Positions 50,653 through 61,418 are shown, counted from the first letter of the stretch. The stretch is 64,000 nt of DNA from an uncultured Ruficoccus sp. (GCA_965140785.1 OZ223497.1:1-64000), one strand, 5' to 3'. Program-made: numbers and translations. Notes: generated by a model not told the origin, from the sequence alone.

Positions 50653-51429
50653 TCAAACCCGGCTCAACAGCCCGCGAAGCGTGGCCGCGTCGCGCATGAA
50701 CTGCTGCGGGTCATCGCCGGGGACGAATTCCATCAGGCAGAATCGCTCCCGGTCGGGGCTGTGCGCCAGCTCAAGATAGTCGGTCCAATTTGCCTCACCC
50801 TCGGCCAGCGGATGGCGGATAATTTTGTCGTCCGGTTTGCTCCAGTGGAAGACGTGGAGATTGAGCAGGCGGGGCAGGAGGTGGCGCAGGGCGGTCAAGT
50901 TGTTCTCGCGGGTCTCGCTGATGATGGGTTGCCAGAGGCTGTAAAGGTTGGGGTGGGGGGCCTCCTCCAGCAGACGGATGGCGGAGGCGTCGCAGTCGGT
51001 CAGGGTGTGGGCGTGGTATTCCAGGGCGAGCTTGATCCCGGCTCCGGCGGCCAGCTCGGTACAGCGGGAGGCGTCGGCGGTGACGGCTTGGCGGTCGGCT
51101 TCGGAAATCTCCGCCGAGGCGGTGTTCCCGGCCCATACACGGATGCTGGGCGCGCCCAGCTCGACGGCGGTTTCCAGGACTTGCCCAAAGGCCAGCCCTT
51201 CGCATTCGGAGACGCCGAGCCGGTAGTAGGAGCCGTAGCAGGCACTGCGCAGACCGGCGTCGCTGGTCAGGCGGGCGACCTCGCGGGCGCGGGCGGTGTC
51301 GCCGGGGGGCACGTGAAGATCGCCGCCCCATTCGATGGCCTGAAGTCCGGCTTTGCGGACGAGCTCGGTGATGGCGGGGGGATCGAGTTGGCGGAAAGTG
51401 ACGGAAACGAGTCCGGGTGTGAAGGACAT
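50653..51429 (-). CDS. Sugar phosphate isomerase/epimerase (xylose isomerase-like TIM barrel)
   Basis: GLVSVTFR, IEWGGDLHVPPG, GSYY, RVWAG, EYH, HVFHW, EF. Confidence 0.88.
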   Translation of the reverse strand: MSFTPGLVSVTFRQLDPPAITELVRKAGLQAIEWGGDLHVPPGDTARAREVARLTSDAGLRSACYGSYYRLGVSECEGLAFGQVLETAVELGAPSIRVWAGNTASAEISEADRQAVTADASRCTELAAGAGIKLALEYHAHTLTDCDASAIRLLEEAPHPNLYSLWQPIISETRENNLTALRHLLPRLLNLHVFHWSKPDDKIIRHPLAEGEANWTDYLELAHSPDRERFCLMEFVPGDDPQQFMRDAATLRGLLSRV

Positions 51430-51648
51430 GCCGCTAGTGTCTCGATCTCCCGCGGTTGTGGCAAACCCGAATGCCAGGCAGGGAGGCGTGACGAGTCCGC
51501 AAAAGTTCTGATTTTGACACTGTGCGGGCAGATTTTCCGTTGCACCGGGCGGGGCTTCGGCCCAGATTTTGCTTACCCCTTGGGCTCGGGGCTGCCCCCG
51601 CGAACCTCTCACCGGCGGCCTGACTGAGCGCCTCAACTTTTCCGCAGT

Positions 51649-53991
51649 TTGAATCACGGACATTTTATCGGAGATCTGGCCATTGTGCTGGTATGCGCGG
51701 CGAGCGTATCGCTGCTGTTTCAGCGTATCAAGCTGCCGGTTTTTCTCGGGTACCTGCTGAGCGGCTTTCTCATCGGACCGAATCTGTGGGAGCGCTCGCC
51801 CATTCACGACCTGGCCACGGTCAATGAGCTGAGCGAACTCGGGGTGGTCTTTCTGATGTTTTACATCGGATTGGAGTTTGACCTGCGGCGCTTGCGGCGG
51901 GTGATGGGGCCGGCAGTGCTCGCTGTGGGCCTGCAAACGGTGGTGCTGCTCTTTGTGGGGGCGCAGATCGCGCCGCTGCTGGGCTGGACACCGGTGCAGG
52001 GGATTTTCCTGGGCTCGCTGCTGGCTATCAGCTCCTCGATGGTGACGGTGGCTGTGCTGCGCGACCTCGGGCGGCTGGACAAACCGCACGCGCAGTTGGC
52101 GGTCGGGGTGCTGATTTTAGAAGACATTCTGGCGGTGACGCTTCTGGTCGTGCTCTCCGGTATCGCCGTCTCGGGGGCGGTCAGCTTCTTCGCCATCGGC
52201 AAGATCACCTTCTTTATCGCGGTCTTTGTCGTGGTGACCTACTACGTGGGCAAGCTCGTGGCGCCGCACTTCCTGAACCTGCTGGACCGGGTGGGCAGCA
52301 TCGAGCTGATCACGCTTTCGGTCGTGGCGATGATGCTCGGGGTCAGTATGATCGCGATCAAGCTGGATTTCTCCGAGGCGCTGGGGGCGTTCCTGGCCGG
52401 CTCGATCCTGTCGCAGACGCCGCTGGCCCATCGGATCGAGAATGCGACCGAGCCGCTGCGCAATATCTTTTGCGCGGTCTTCTTCGTGGCGGTGGGGATG
52501 CTGATCGAGCCGGAGCTGTTGCTGGACAACTGGAAGCTCATCGTCGGGCTCAGCGTGCTGGTGGTTTTGGTCAAGGTGGTGACGGTCTGGGTCGGCTTTT
52601 TCCTCGCCGGGCAGAATCCCGACACGGCCTTTCGCGCGGCGGTGGCCAAGGCGCAGATCGGGGAATTCAGTTTCATTATCGCGGCCATGGGGCAGAAAAC
52701 CGGCGTGACCGGCGACGGGCTGGTGGCCGTGGCGGTCGGGGTCTCGCTGCTGAGCACGCTCATGGCGCTGGGGGCGACGGTCAAGGCCGACCCCATTTAC
52801 AAAGGACTGGCCGCCCGCATGCCGCGTCCGCTCGGAGTGCTGGGCGAGTTTTACCGCAACTTTTACGACGACATCCACTCGCAGGTCGGGCGCAACCCCT
52901 TCCTCAAGCTGGCCAAGCGCCCGGTGCTGCAAATCCTCTTTACCTTCCTTCTGCTCAACGGCGTCGTCCTGGCGGCTTACATCGTGACGCACTTCATCGG
53001 CGCGCACGCAGAGCTGGCCCAGTACCGCTCGTGGGCGGTGCCGGTGGTCTGGTGGGTCTCGGCGCTACTGTGCCTGCCCTTCATCTCGGCCATCCTGCGC
53101 AACCTCAACGCGATCGTCCTGCTACTGACCGACTCGCTCTTCTCGACCACGGCGGAGCGGCAGTACTTCCGGGGCCGCCTGCGCAACATTTTCAACACCT
53201 TCGTGCTGGTCGTGTTGATCATTCTGCTGGGCGGGCTGTACCTGTCAGTCACGGCCCAGTACCTCCCCGGCGGGGTGGCGCTGGCGGGCTTCTTCGTGCT
53301 GCTGCTGGTAGCGGGGATTATTTTCTGGAACCGCATCGTCAACATCCAGAGCCGCCTCGAATTGCTCTTTATGGAGAGCTTTAACAAGCGGGCTGAGACC
53401 GAGGAACCGCAGCGCCGCCAGAAAACGTTGGAGGAAATCAAGCGCCAGTACCCCTGGCCGGTTTCGATCCGCGACGTATTGGTCAAGGCCAACGCCGCTG
53501 CCTGTGGCAAGCGCATCAGTGACCTGGACCTGCGCAAGCAGACCCGCGCCTCCATCATCGCGCTGGGGCGGGCCGGGCAGGTTCAGTACGATCCCGGCCC
53601 CGGCACGGTGATCTTTCCGCTCGACCACCTCTACCTCTTCGGTAGCGAAGAGGAGACACAGCGAGCGATGGAGGCGCTCCAACTGGAGCGGGCTGGTCCT
53701 TCCGAGTCCGAGGGCACACCGACCTTTACCATCGAGACGATCTACCTCGACCGTGACTCGGAGATCACGGACAAGACCCTGGCCGGGGCCAATCTGCGCA
53801 AGGCCTACGGCGTCACCGTGCTCGGCATCCAGCGCGGAGAGCGTCGCATCACCGGCCCCTTACCGGACGAGATTCTCCAGCCCGGCGACGTGCTCTACGT
53901 CATCGGCAATCGCGAAGGCATCCGCCGCTTCCAGGAGCAGAACCACGCCGAGGTTGAAGCCATAGAGGTCGTGCCTACGACGGACGGGTGA
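51649..53991 (+). CDS. CPA2 cation:proton antiporter with two C-terminal TrkA-C (RCK_C) domains
   Basis: GYLLSG..IGP, ELGVVFLMFYIGLEF, SSS, LILED, LGAFLAG, QIGEFSF; two GK.I..L.LR..P..GD repeats; TTG start. Confidence 0.92.
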   Translation: MNHGHFIGDLAIVLVCAASVSLLFQRIKLPVFLGYLLSGFLIGPNLWERSPIHDLATVNELSELGVVFLMFYIGLEFDLRRLRRVMGPAVLAVGLQTVVLLFVGAQIAPLLGWTPVQGIFLGSLLAISSSMVTVAVLRDLGRLDKPHAQLAVGVLILEDILAVTLLVVLSGIAVSGAVSFFAIGKITFFIAVFVVVTYYVGKLVAPHFLNLLDRVGSIELITLSVVAMMLGVSMIAIKLDFSEALGAFLAGSILSQTPLAHRIENATEPLRNIFCAVFFVAVGMLIEPELLLDNWKLIVGLSVLVVLVKVVTVWVGFFLAGQNPDTAFRAAVAKAQIGEFSFIIAAMGQKTGVTGDGLVAVAVGVSLLSTLMALGATVKADPIYKGLAARMPRPLGVLGEFYRNFYDDIHSQVGRNPFLKLAKRPVLQILFTFLLLNGVVLAAYIVTHFIGAHAELAQYRSWAVPVVWWVSALLCLPFISAILRNLNAIVLLLTDSLFSTTAERQYFRGRLRNIFNTFVLVVLIILLGGLYLSVTAQYLPGGVALAGFFVLLLVAGIIFWNRIVNIQSRLELLFMESFNKRAETEEPQRRQKTLEEIKRQYPWPVSIRDVLVKANAAACGKRISDLDLRKQTRASIIALGRAGQVQYDPGPGTVIFPLDHLYLFGSEEETQRAMEALQLERAGPSESEGTPTFTIETIYLDRDSEITDKTLAGANLRKAYGVTVLGIQRGERRITGPLPDEILQPGDVLYVIGNREGIRRFQEQNHAEVEAIEVVPTTDG

Positions 53992-54001
53992 GGCGGAGGC
54001 C

Positions 54002-54547
54002 TTACTTAGCGGGGTGGAAAGCGGCGGCGGCATCCCCGGGAGGACCGGCGAGGAACTCTTTAACGAAGTTATCCTCGTCTTTGTAGCCACGGGGACCGAA
54101 GTTCAGATGCGAGCCGTCAGCCGTCCAGCCGCAGAACATGGTTGAGATTTTGCCTGTATCCTCGAAGTCAATCGCCTTCTCCAGCGTGTAGTAGGCGAAG
54201 CCCTCATCCGTTTTAGCTACGATGGCGTAGTAGCACAGCGGGCTATTGGCAGGCTTTTCGAACGTGAGCAGGACGGCCTTGCCAGGCTCAATGCTTTTGA
54301 CCTTCAGGTCCTTGGCGAAGGACTTACCGGCGATCTCGGCGGCCGCGTTTTTCAAATACGTTATGTCGCCTTTCTCCAGAGCCTGGAAGAATGCGCCGTC
54401 ACTTCCGTAGAGCCATTGGGGGATGAGGCGGTGCTCGACGTAGTAGATCTTTTGCTGCTGCTCATTGAGCAGACCTTGCGCCATGAGCGGGGCAAGAGGC
54501 GCAGCAAGCAGGAGTAGAAAAACAAGAACAGACGAGATGCGTTTCAT
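54002..54547 (-). CDS. Hypothetical secreted protein
   Basis: Signal peptide; YYTLE, FCGW...G.HLNFG. Confidence 0.75.
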   Translation of the reverse strand: MKRISSVLVFLLLLAAPLAPLMAQGLLNEQQQKIYYVEHRLIPQWLYGSDGAFFQALEKGDITYLKNAAAEIAGKSFAKDLKVKSIEPGKAVLLTFEKPANSPLCYYAIVAKTDEGFAYYTLEKAIDFEDTGKISTMFCGWTADGSHLNFGPRGYKDEDNFVKEFLAGPPGDAAAAFHPAK

Positions 54548-54663
54548 GGGGTAACCTTTCGTGTTGGGGGTTTATGATAAATAACACATCCGGTGGGGAT
54601 GTAACCGGGGGCTGTGTCAACTTGAGACAGATGATATGCTTCGGCGGAAAAATCGGTTGCCCA

Positions 54664-55749
54664 TTAATAATACTGCGGCACCTTCATGGAGTCGGGGACG
54701 GGAGTGCGGTGGTAGTCCTCGTGGTGGACGCGCTTGGGGAGCTTGATTTCCGCGTGTTCGACGGGCTCGTAGGGGATCTGGTCGAGCAGGTGGTGGATGC
54801 AGTTGAGGCGGGCGTGTTTCTTGTCGTTGCCCTCGACGATGTTCCAGGGGGCGAAGGGGAAGCTCGTCCGCTCGAAGGTCTCCTCCTTGGCCTTGGTATA
54901 GTCCTCCCAGCGCACGCGCGACTGGAGGTCCATCGGGCTGAGTTTCCACTGCTTGAGCGGGTCATGGATACGGCACTGGAAGCGGAACTCCTGTTCCTCG
55001 TCGGTGATGGAGAACCAGTACTTGATCAGGCGCACGCCGGAGTTGACCAGCATCTGCTCGAACATCGGCACGTCGTGAAAGAACTGCTCGACCTGCTCCT
55101 CGGTACAGAAGTTCATCACCCGCTCGACGCCGGAGCGGTTGTACCAACTGCGGTCGAAGAGCACGATCTCGCCCCCGGCGGGCAGATGCGGCACGTAGCG
55201 CTGGAAGTACCACTGGGTCTTTTCGCGGTCGGAGGGGGCGGGGAGGGCGGCCACCCGGCACACCCGGGGGTTGAGCCGCTGGGTGATGCGCTTGATCACG
55301 CCGCCCTTGCCGGCGGCGTCGCGGCCCTCGAAGATGACGGCGATCTTGGCTTTGGTCTCGACCACCCAATCCTGCATCCGGATCAGTTCGATCTGGAGCC
55401 GCCGCAGTTCCTGGAAGTAAAAGCGCCGGAAGAGCCTCCGCTCCTCCGGGTCGCCGAGTGGTTTTAGACCGGTCTTGGCACCGATATGTTCCTCGAAAAT
55501 GTCCTCCAGGTCATGTTCGATCTCCTCCACCAGATCGTCCATGATCTCCTCATGCAGCCCCTCGTAGGCCTGGCTCTCGGCTTGCTTGAGCAGCTTTTTC
55601 AAGCGCTTCATTTCATCCTTGGGCGAGCGCTTGGCGGCGGGCGGGGCGACTTTGGCTTTGCCGCTTTTTTTCGCGGGGGCTTTGGGGGATAAGGCCTTTT
55701 TCGGCGCGGACTTGCGGGCAGGGGTGCCTTTCGAGGTGGACTTGCTCAT
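54664..55749 (-). CDS. ppk2: Polyphosphate kinase 2
   Basis: FEGRDAAGKGG, QWYFQRY, DRSWYNR, WKLSPMD; Lys/Ala-rich N-terminal extension. Confidence 0.97.
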   Translation of the reverse strand: MSKSTSKGTPARKSAPKKALSPKAPAKKSGKAKVAPPAAKRSPKDEMKRLKKLLKQAESQAYEGLHEEIMDDLVEEIEHDLEDIFEEHIGAKTGLKPLGDPEERRLFRRFYFQELRRLQIELIRMQDWVVETKAKIAVIFEGRDAAGKGGVIKRITQRLNPRVCRVAALPAPSDREKTQWYFQRYVPHLPAGGEIVLFDRSWYNRSGVERVMNFCTEEQVEQFFHDVPMFEQMLVNSGVRLIKYWFSITDEEQEFRFQCRIHDPLKQWKLSPMDLQSRVRWEDYTKAKEETFERTSFPFAPWNIVEGNDKKHARLNCIHHLLDQIPYEPVEHAEIKLPKRVHHEDYHRTPVPDSMKVPQYY

Positions 55750-55959
55750 GAGAGTTAAGGGGACGGTTTACGCGAATATCGTAAAGCGTTGGGAGCACGT
55801 TCGTCAAAGCCGGGTTTTTGACAAATGGGTGACGAAATAAGCCACCGATCGGTGACTTAAGCGAGTGTTTTAATGCCCATTAGGCGCTTTATTGAAACTA
55901 ATTATGGGCTTGCTTTTGTTAAGCAAAACTAATCTTGTGAAACTGGACTATAAAGAGTT

Positions 55960-56733
55960 ATGCAAACCTTCTTATATCTGTCACTCATCCCGGAGTCGCT
56001 GATCGCCTCGATGCTGCCGCCCGAGCAGTTCGGTGCGTACTACGCGACCGGAACACAAAAACGCAGCCGTGGACGCGCTCTCTTCTTTGAGGTGAAGCGC
56101 AACTTTGCCTCGGATTACCTTAAGCTGGACGAGATCGAAAAGCGCTGCGTTCCGCATGAGGACGGCCGCCCGCGCAAATCGACCTATCTGTCGATCTACC
56201 GGGTGCTCGAGCACGTGCCGCTGGAGGCGCTGGGCAAGCTCTACCTCATCACCGATGACGGTAAGATGCTCGCGCTCGAACCGCAGAAGTACGAGGTCAA
56301 GAACGAGGACCCGGTGCATCTCTATCAGGAGATCTGCCCGCTGCGTCCGCGTGTGGCCAGCTCCCTGAGTCCCGCCGTCTTCTGCAAGCGCATCACCGAC
56401 CGGACCGATCCGGTCTCCGTGGATAAGATTGTCTTCTGCGACCTGCAGCTCGACGAACTGGCTCAGAACCCCGCCAACGCCAAGGCCGACAACCTGCCGT
56501 ACCCGAACATCAGCCATCTGCGCGACTGTCTGCTGGCGGTCAAGGACAACGAGGTCAAGCAGACCAAGGCCGTCATCCGCTCTATGCCCGGTGACATCCT
56601 GTACCGCACGGTCAAGAGCGGCTTTTTCGTGGGCAGCGGGGAGGAAATGCTCTTCTACCCGATGCCGACCATGGACCAGCTCCAGCGCGAGTACTACGAG
56701 TGGTGGCGCTCCGCCGAGGCTTCTCTGGGCTGA
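55960..56733 (+). CDS. Hypothetical protein upstream of the membrane pyrophosphatase
   Basis: 257-aa ATG ORF with typical GC3 bias; no motif recognised. Confidence 0.85.
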   Translation: MQTFLYLSLIPESLIASMLPPEQFGAYYATGTQKRSRGRALFFEVKRNFASDYLKLDEIEKRCVPHEDGRPRKSTYLSIYRVLEHVPLEALGKLYLITDDGKMLALEPQKYEVKNEDPVHLYQEICPLRPRVASSLSPAVFCKRITDRTDPVSVDKIVFCDLQLDELAQNPANAKADNLPYPNISHLRDCLLAVKDNEVKQTKAVIRSMPGDILYRTVKSGFFVGSGEEMLFYPMPTMDQLQREYYEWWRSAEASLG

Positions 56734-56786
56734 TCCCGCGAGAGCCCACGACACAGTTTAGAAAACAATCTTATTCACCTTTAGTT

Positions 56787-59015
56787 ATGCATTCCATTCA
56801 TCCGCTATTTTGGTTTGTTCCGGTCGGCTCCATCGTCGCCCTGAGCTTCGCCTGGTACTTCTTCCGTCAAATGATGGCAGAAGACGAGGGCACCGACACG
56901 ATGCGCAAGATCGCCGCCCACGTGCGGGCCGGGGCTTACGCCTACCTGCGCCAGCAGTATAAGATCGTCGGTATCGTCTTCATTATCATCACGCTCCTCT
57001 TTGCCGTGCTCGCCTACGGGCTCAAGTTGCAGAACGGCTGGGTGCCGTTCGCGTTCCTGACCGGGGGCTTCTTCTCCGGGCTGGCCGGTTTCTTCGGCAT
57101 GAAGACCGCCACCTATGCCAGTGCCCGCGCGGCCAACGCCGCCAAGGATTCGCTCGATCACGGCCTGCGCGTGGCTTTCCGCTCCGGCGCCGTCATGGGC
57201 CTCGTCGTGGTGGGCCTGGGCCTGCTCGACATCTCCATTTGGTTCCTGGTCCTGGCGAACTTCTACCCCATCGGTGAAGGCGACGGGCACAACCTGATTA
57301 TCATCACCACCACCATGCTGACCTTTGGTATGGGGGCGTCGTTGCAGGCACTCTTCGCCCGTGTGGGCGGCGGTATCTTCACCAAGGCCGCTGACGTCGG
57401 CGCCGACCTCGTCGGCAAGGTCGAGGCGGGCATCCCCGAGGACGACCCCCGCAACCCCGCCACCATCGCCGACAATGTCGGTGACAACGTCGGTGACGTG
57501 GCCGGCATGGGTGCGGACCTGTACGAGAGCTATTGCGGCTCGATCCTCGCCACCGCTGCTCTTGGGGCAGCCGCTTTTCTGGGGCAAGGGTCGGACATTC
57601 AGATGAAGGCCGTCATCGCGCCGATGCTGATCGGTGCGTTCGGGACGCTGCTTTCAATCCTGGGTATCTTCAGCGTCCGCGTGAAAAAGGGCGCGGACAG
57701 CAAGGCTCTGTTGGGCGCCCTGGGCAAGGGCATCAATATCAGCTCGGTGCTGATCATTGTCGTTTCGGCCCTCGTGCTGTACTTCCTGAAAATCCCCAAT
57801 TGGTTGGGTGTTTGGGGCGCGATCGTGGTCGGCTTGATCACGGGGATCGTCATCGGACGGGCAACCGAGTACTACACCTCGCAGGCTTACCGCCCGACGC
57901 AGCGAATCGCCGAGCAGGCCAAGACCGGCCCGGCCACCGTCATCATCGCCGGGATGGGCGAGGGGATGCTCTCCGTCGCCTATCCGGTGCTCGCCGTATG
58001 CGTCGGCACCACGCTGGCTTATCTGCTGGCGACTGGCTTCAGCTTTGACTCCTCGACCATGTCGCAGGGGCTGTACGGGATCGGCATCGCCGCCGTCGGT
58101 ATGCTCTCCACCCTGGGCATCACTCTGGCCACGGACGCCTATGGCCCCATCGCCGACAACGCCGGCGGTAACGCCGAAATGAGCGGCCTGGACCCCGAAG
58201 TCCGCCGCCGCACCGACCTGCTCGACTCCCTTGGCAACACCACCGCCGCCACCGGCAAGGGCTTCGCCATCGGTTCGGCCGCCCTCACCGCGCTGGCCCT
58301 CCTGGCCTCCTACATCGAGGAACTTAAGATCGGCATCAACCGCGTGCTTGAGCAGGGCGGTCAGTTCTTCTTCCCGGACGGCTCCATCGTCGAGTCGGCC
58401 AAGGAAGTGACGGACATGAGCCTGTTCAACATGATGGAAGTCTTCGAAGTCAACCTGATGAACCCGAAGGTGATCATCGGGCTGTTTCTGGGGTGCATGA
58501 TGGCCTTCGTTTTCTGCGGGCTGACCATGAACGCCGTGGGCCGCGCCGCTGGCCAGATGGTGGACGAAGTGCGTCGCCAGTTCAGGGAAATCGCCGGTAT
58601 CCTCGAAGGCAAGGCCGAGCCGGATTACGCCCGTTGCGTGACCATCTCGACCTTTGCCGCGCAGAAGGAAATGCTCCTGCCCGCGCTGACTGCCGTGATC
58701 GTGCCGGTGTTAGTCGGTATCGTCTTTGGCGTGCCGGGCGTGCTCGGTCTGCTTGCCGGTGCTCTCTCCGGCGGTTTCGCCCTGGCGGTCTTCATGGCCA
58801 ACAGCGGCGGCGCCTGGGACAATGCCAAGAAGCACATCGAGGAAGGCCACCACGGCGGCAAGGGCTCCGAAGCCCACAAGGCATCCGTCATCGGTGATAC
58901 CGTCGGGGACCCCTTCAAGGACACCTCCGGCCCGAGCCTGAACATCCTGATCAAGCTGATGACCATGGTCTCGATCGTCGTCGCCGGGGTGACCGTCAGC
59001 TTCAGTTTGCTTTAA
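56787..59015 (+). CDS. hppA: Membrane-bound K+-dependent Na+(H+)-translocating pyrophosphatase
   Basis: [57 protein letters not shown]. Confidence 0.96.
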   Translation: MHSIHPLFWFVPVGSIVALSFAWYFFRQMMAEDEGTDTMRKIAAHVRAGAYAYLRQQYKIVGIVFIIITLLFAVLAYGLKLQNGWVPFAFLTGGFFSGLAGFFGMKTATYASARAANAAKDSLDHGLRVAFRSGAVMGLVVVGLGLLDISIWFLVLANFYPIGEGDGHNLIIITTTMLTFGMGASLQALFARVGGGIFTKAADVGADLVGKVEAGIPEDDPRNPATIADNVGDNVGDVAGMGADLYESYCGSILATAALGAAAFLGQGSDIQMKAVIAPMLIGAFGTLLSILGIFSVRVKKGADSKALLGALGKGINISSVLIIVVSALVLYFLKIPNWLGVWGAIVVGLITGIVIGRATEYYTSQAYRPTQRIAEQAKTGPATVIIAGMGEGMLSVAYPVLAVCVGTTLAYLLATGFSFDSSTMSQGLYGIGIAAVGMLSTLGITLATDAYGPIADNAGGNAEMSGLDPEVRRRTDLLDSLGNTTAATGKGFAIGSAALTALALLASYIEELKIGINRVLEQGGQFFFPDGSIVESAKEVTDMSLFNMMEVFEVNLMNPKVIIGLFLGCMMAFVFCGLTMNAVGRAAGQMVDEVRRQFREIAGILEGKAEPDYARCVTISTFAAQKEMLLPALTAVIVPVLVGIVFGVPGVLGLLAGALSGGFALAVFMANSGGAWDNAKKHIEEGHHGGKGSEAHKASVIGDTVGDPFKDTSGPSLNILIKLMTMVSIVVAGVTVSFSLL

Positions 59016-59117
59016 AATTGGCGCGTCGCCGGTTTGTTACAAGCTGGTGACGTCCGTCTTATAAGTTTGCCTTACGGGAAAGCCGCGATTTACGTCGCGG
59101 CTTTTCTTTTGCGCATT

Positions 59118-59558
59118 ATGTTGCAGGAACGCCAGCCGGAATCCGCCGTTCACCCCGCCGAGGACCTTGTCCGGGAGGATAAGTCCACCGGTGGCCTGAA
59201 ACGCATTTACAACGCCCTGCGCTACTCCCTGCAAGGGATTGGTGCCGCCGTGAAGCAGGAGTCGGCCTTTCGCCAGGAAATGATCCTGTGCGCCGTACTG
59301 GTGCCGGTCGCCATCCTACTGCCGGTGGGTTGGATCGGCACCGCGCTTATGCTCGGGAGCCTCTTTCTCGTGCTCATCACCGAGCTGCTCAACTCCGCTA
59401 TCGAGTGGACGGTGGATTACGTCAGCCAGGAGACACATCCCTTCGCCCGCCGCGCCAAGGACATGGGCAGCGCCGCCGTCTTTTTCGCCCTCGTCAACGT
59501 CCTCGCCATCTGGGTCTGCATCATCCTCCAGGCCTGGACCGACGGCCGCTTCGGCTAA
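59118..59558 (+). CDS. dgkA: Diacylglycerol kinase (DgkA)
   Basis: YSLQG, ESAFRQE, ELLNSAIE..VD, AKDMGSAAV. Confidence 0.93.
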   Translation: MLQERQPESAVHPAEDLVREDKSTGGLKRIYNALRYSLQGIGAAVKQESAFRQEMILCAVLVPVAILLPVGWIGTALMLGSLFLVLITELLNSAIEWTVDYVSQETHPFARRAKDMGSAAVFFALVNVLAIWVCIILQAWTDGRFG

Positions 59559-59585
59559 AGTCCGGCTAGACCAGCATTTTGCCTC

Positions 59586-59869
59586 CTGGGCTTACGCAGC
59601 CCAGACCCGCGGCAGCCGAGGGCTGCACCCTCGGTCCGATGTCCGGGCTTCGCCCAAACGCCGGACCGACATTGAAGCCTTCCCTGACACGGCTTCGCCA
59701 TCAAGTGTAGCTATTTTACCCGTGTCTGAGACCCCATAGTAGTGACCCGGTTTTGATGCTTCTCAGCGTTTGTTGAAAACAGCACGCTGTTTTCAACAAA
59801 CGCTGATGCGATGCGCAGCATCGAAAGTGCAGGCTATGCCTGCTGCGGGTCTGGGCTGCATAAACCCAG
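59586..59869. mobile_element. MITE-like element with ~40-bp terminal inverted repeats and an internal perfect palindrome
   Basis: CTGGGCTTACGCAGCC-AGACCCGCGGCAGCCGAGGGCTGCAC vs reverse complement of 59827-59869; 21-bp perfect arms at 59763-59806. Confidence 0.65.
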
Positions 59870-59900
59870 AAAACAAAAAGAGGCTTCATCTCCGCCTCGC

Positions 59901-60788
59901 TTACGCGGTGGCGGCGTTACGGCGTTCGACGAGCTTGAAGCCGTCGCTTTGTTCGTCGGCGTGGTAGGAGGAGCGGACGAGGGGGCCACTCTCGATCACG
60001 TCGAAGCCCATGCCCAGGCCGAAGCTTTTCCAGTGGGCGAACTCCTCGGGGGTGACCCAGCGGTCGATCGGCTCGTGCTTTTTGGTGGGCTGGAGGTACT
60101 GGCCGATGGTGAGGATGTTGACGCCGATGGCGCGCAGGTCCTTTAAGAGTTCCACCATCTCGTGCTCTTTTTCGCCGATGCCGAGCATGATGCCGCTTTT
60201 GGTGACGAAGCCGCGGCTCTTGGCGTGGGTGAGGACCCAGAGGGAGCGCTCGTAGTTGGCGGTCTTGCGGATCGGGCGCTGGAGGCGTTTGACCGTCTCC
60301 ATGTTGTGATTGAGAATGTCGGGCTTGGCGTCGAGCAGGGTGTCGAGGTGTTCCTGCTGGCCGCGGAAGTCCGCCGGAAGCACCTCGATGGCGGTGTTCG
60401 GGCAGCGGTAGCGGATGGCGCGGATGGTGGCCGCCCAGACGCTGGCGCCGCCGTCCTTCAAGTCGTCACGGGCGACGGAGGTGACGACCACGTGTTTGAG
60501 GCCCATGCGGGCCACGGAATCGGCCACGCGGGCCGGTTCGCCCAGGTCGAGTTCGGTCGGGCGCCCGGTGTTGATGGCGCAAAAGGTGCAGGAGCGGGTG
60601 CAGGTGTTGCCGAGGATCATGACCGTGGCGGTGCCCCGGCTCCAGCACTCGCCCATATTCGGGCACTGCGCGCTCTGGCAGACGGTGTGCAGGCTGTGCT
60701 CATCGACATTGCGGCGGGTTTCCATGTAGCCGGGGCCATTGGGAAGCTTGGCCCGCAGCCAGGAAGGTTTGCGTTGGGTATCGCTCAT
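59901..60788 (-). CDS. lipA: Lipoyl synthase
   Basis: CQSAQCPNMGEC, CTRSCTFC, GQYLQP, VRSSY. Confidence 0.97.
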   Translation of the reverse strand: MSDTQRKPSWLRAKLPNGPGYMETRRNVDEHSLHTVCQSAQCPNMGECWSRGTATVMILGNTCTRSCTFCAINTGRPTELDLGEPARVADSVARMGLKHVVVTSVARDDLKDGGASVWAATIRAIRYRCPNTAIEVLPADFRGQQEHLDTLLDAKPDILNHNMETVKRLQRPIRKTANYERSLWVLTHAKSRGFVTKSGIMLGIGEKEHEMVELLKDLRAIGVNILTIGQYLQPTKKHEPIDRWVTPEEFAHWKSFGLGMGFDVIESGPLVRSSYHADEQSDGFKLVERRNAATA

Positions 60789-60843
60789 GAATTGTCAGAC
60801 AATCTTGCCGCCCAGCACCGGTTTGTCAAAGGCGGAAGAGGGT

Positions 60844-61050
60844 TTAGGCTTCCTGCTTCTCAAACTGCTCAAAGGACAGGGCAGGGAGAGCCGCCTGCGA
60901 GCGGGCGTGCTCGATGGTCATACTGACAAGATTACCGCCCGCATCGAGATCCAGATAAATGTTCTCGTTGACTTCCCGGGTTTCGGAAATCTCACCCTTG
61001 GAAAACTCCACCAAAGCGGTGTCCGTATCTGAAAAGTACTTGATCGTCAT
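60844..61050 (-). CDS. DUF2283 family protein (putative antitoxin)
   Basis: IKY..DTD....F......ET.EV...I.LD.D..G.LV...I pattern; ATGA overlap with upstream gene. Confidence 0.85.
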   Translation of the reverse strand: MTIKYFSDTDTALVEFSKGEISETREVNENIYLDLDAGGNLVSMTIEHARSQAALPALSFEQFEKQEA

Positions 61051-61322
61051 GGCTTGAAGCTGCGGTCGAAAAAGGCGTTATGGACAGTCTCGCCGTCGTC
61101 CAGAAGAATTATGCGGAGGAATTTACCCTCTTCTTCGATATTTGTCCACCTCCGTATGCGTCCGTCCGTTTGGACTTCTTCTCGGATTGGATGTTGCATC
61201 GCCCGCTGAATCCACTCGAGTTTAATGCCTTGGCGATCTGGACGCTGGCGCGTGTGGAGGAAATAGGCGGTGAATTTAATTGGAATATCTCCTGTTGGTT
61301 TGAATATATTTTTTCTACTCAT
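61047..61322 (-). CDS. Putative RelE/BrnT/DUF4258-like toxin
   Basis: EW...M.HP....Q.DGR.R.W.......LR.I...DG..VHNAFFDR; paired with DUF2283; start uncertain. Confidence 0.7.
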   Translation of the reverse strand: MSRKNIFKPTGDIPIKFTAYFLHTRQRPDRQGIKLEWIQRAMQHPIREEVQTDGRIRRWTNIEEEGKFLRIILLDDGETVHNAFFDRSFKP

Positions 61323-61418
61323 GCCAACGTTTCAACGGCGAATAAAAACGGCTGTCAACTAGGGGGCGGGTCCTGAGTTTTTAAAAAAAAGTGACGTATT
61401 TTATTGATCATAATGTTC

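Noticed and set aside
51430..52089. N-terminal extension of the 478-aa ORF 50653..52089
   Set aside because: It overlaps the antiporter gene antisense; the TIM-barrel homology begins at ATG 51429.
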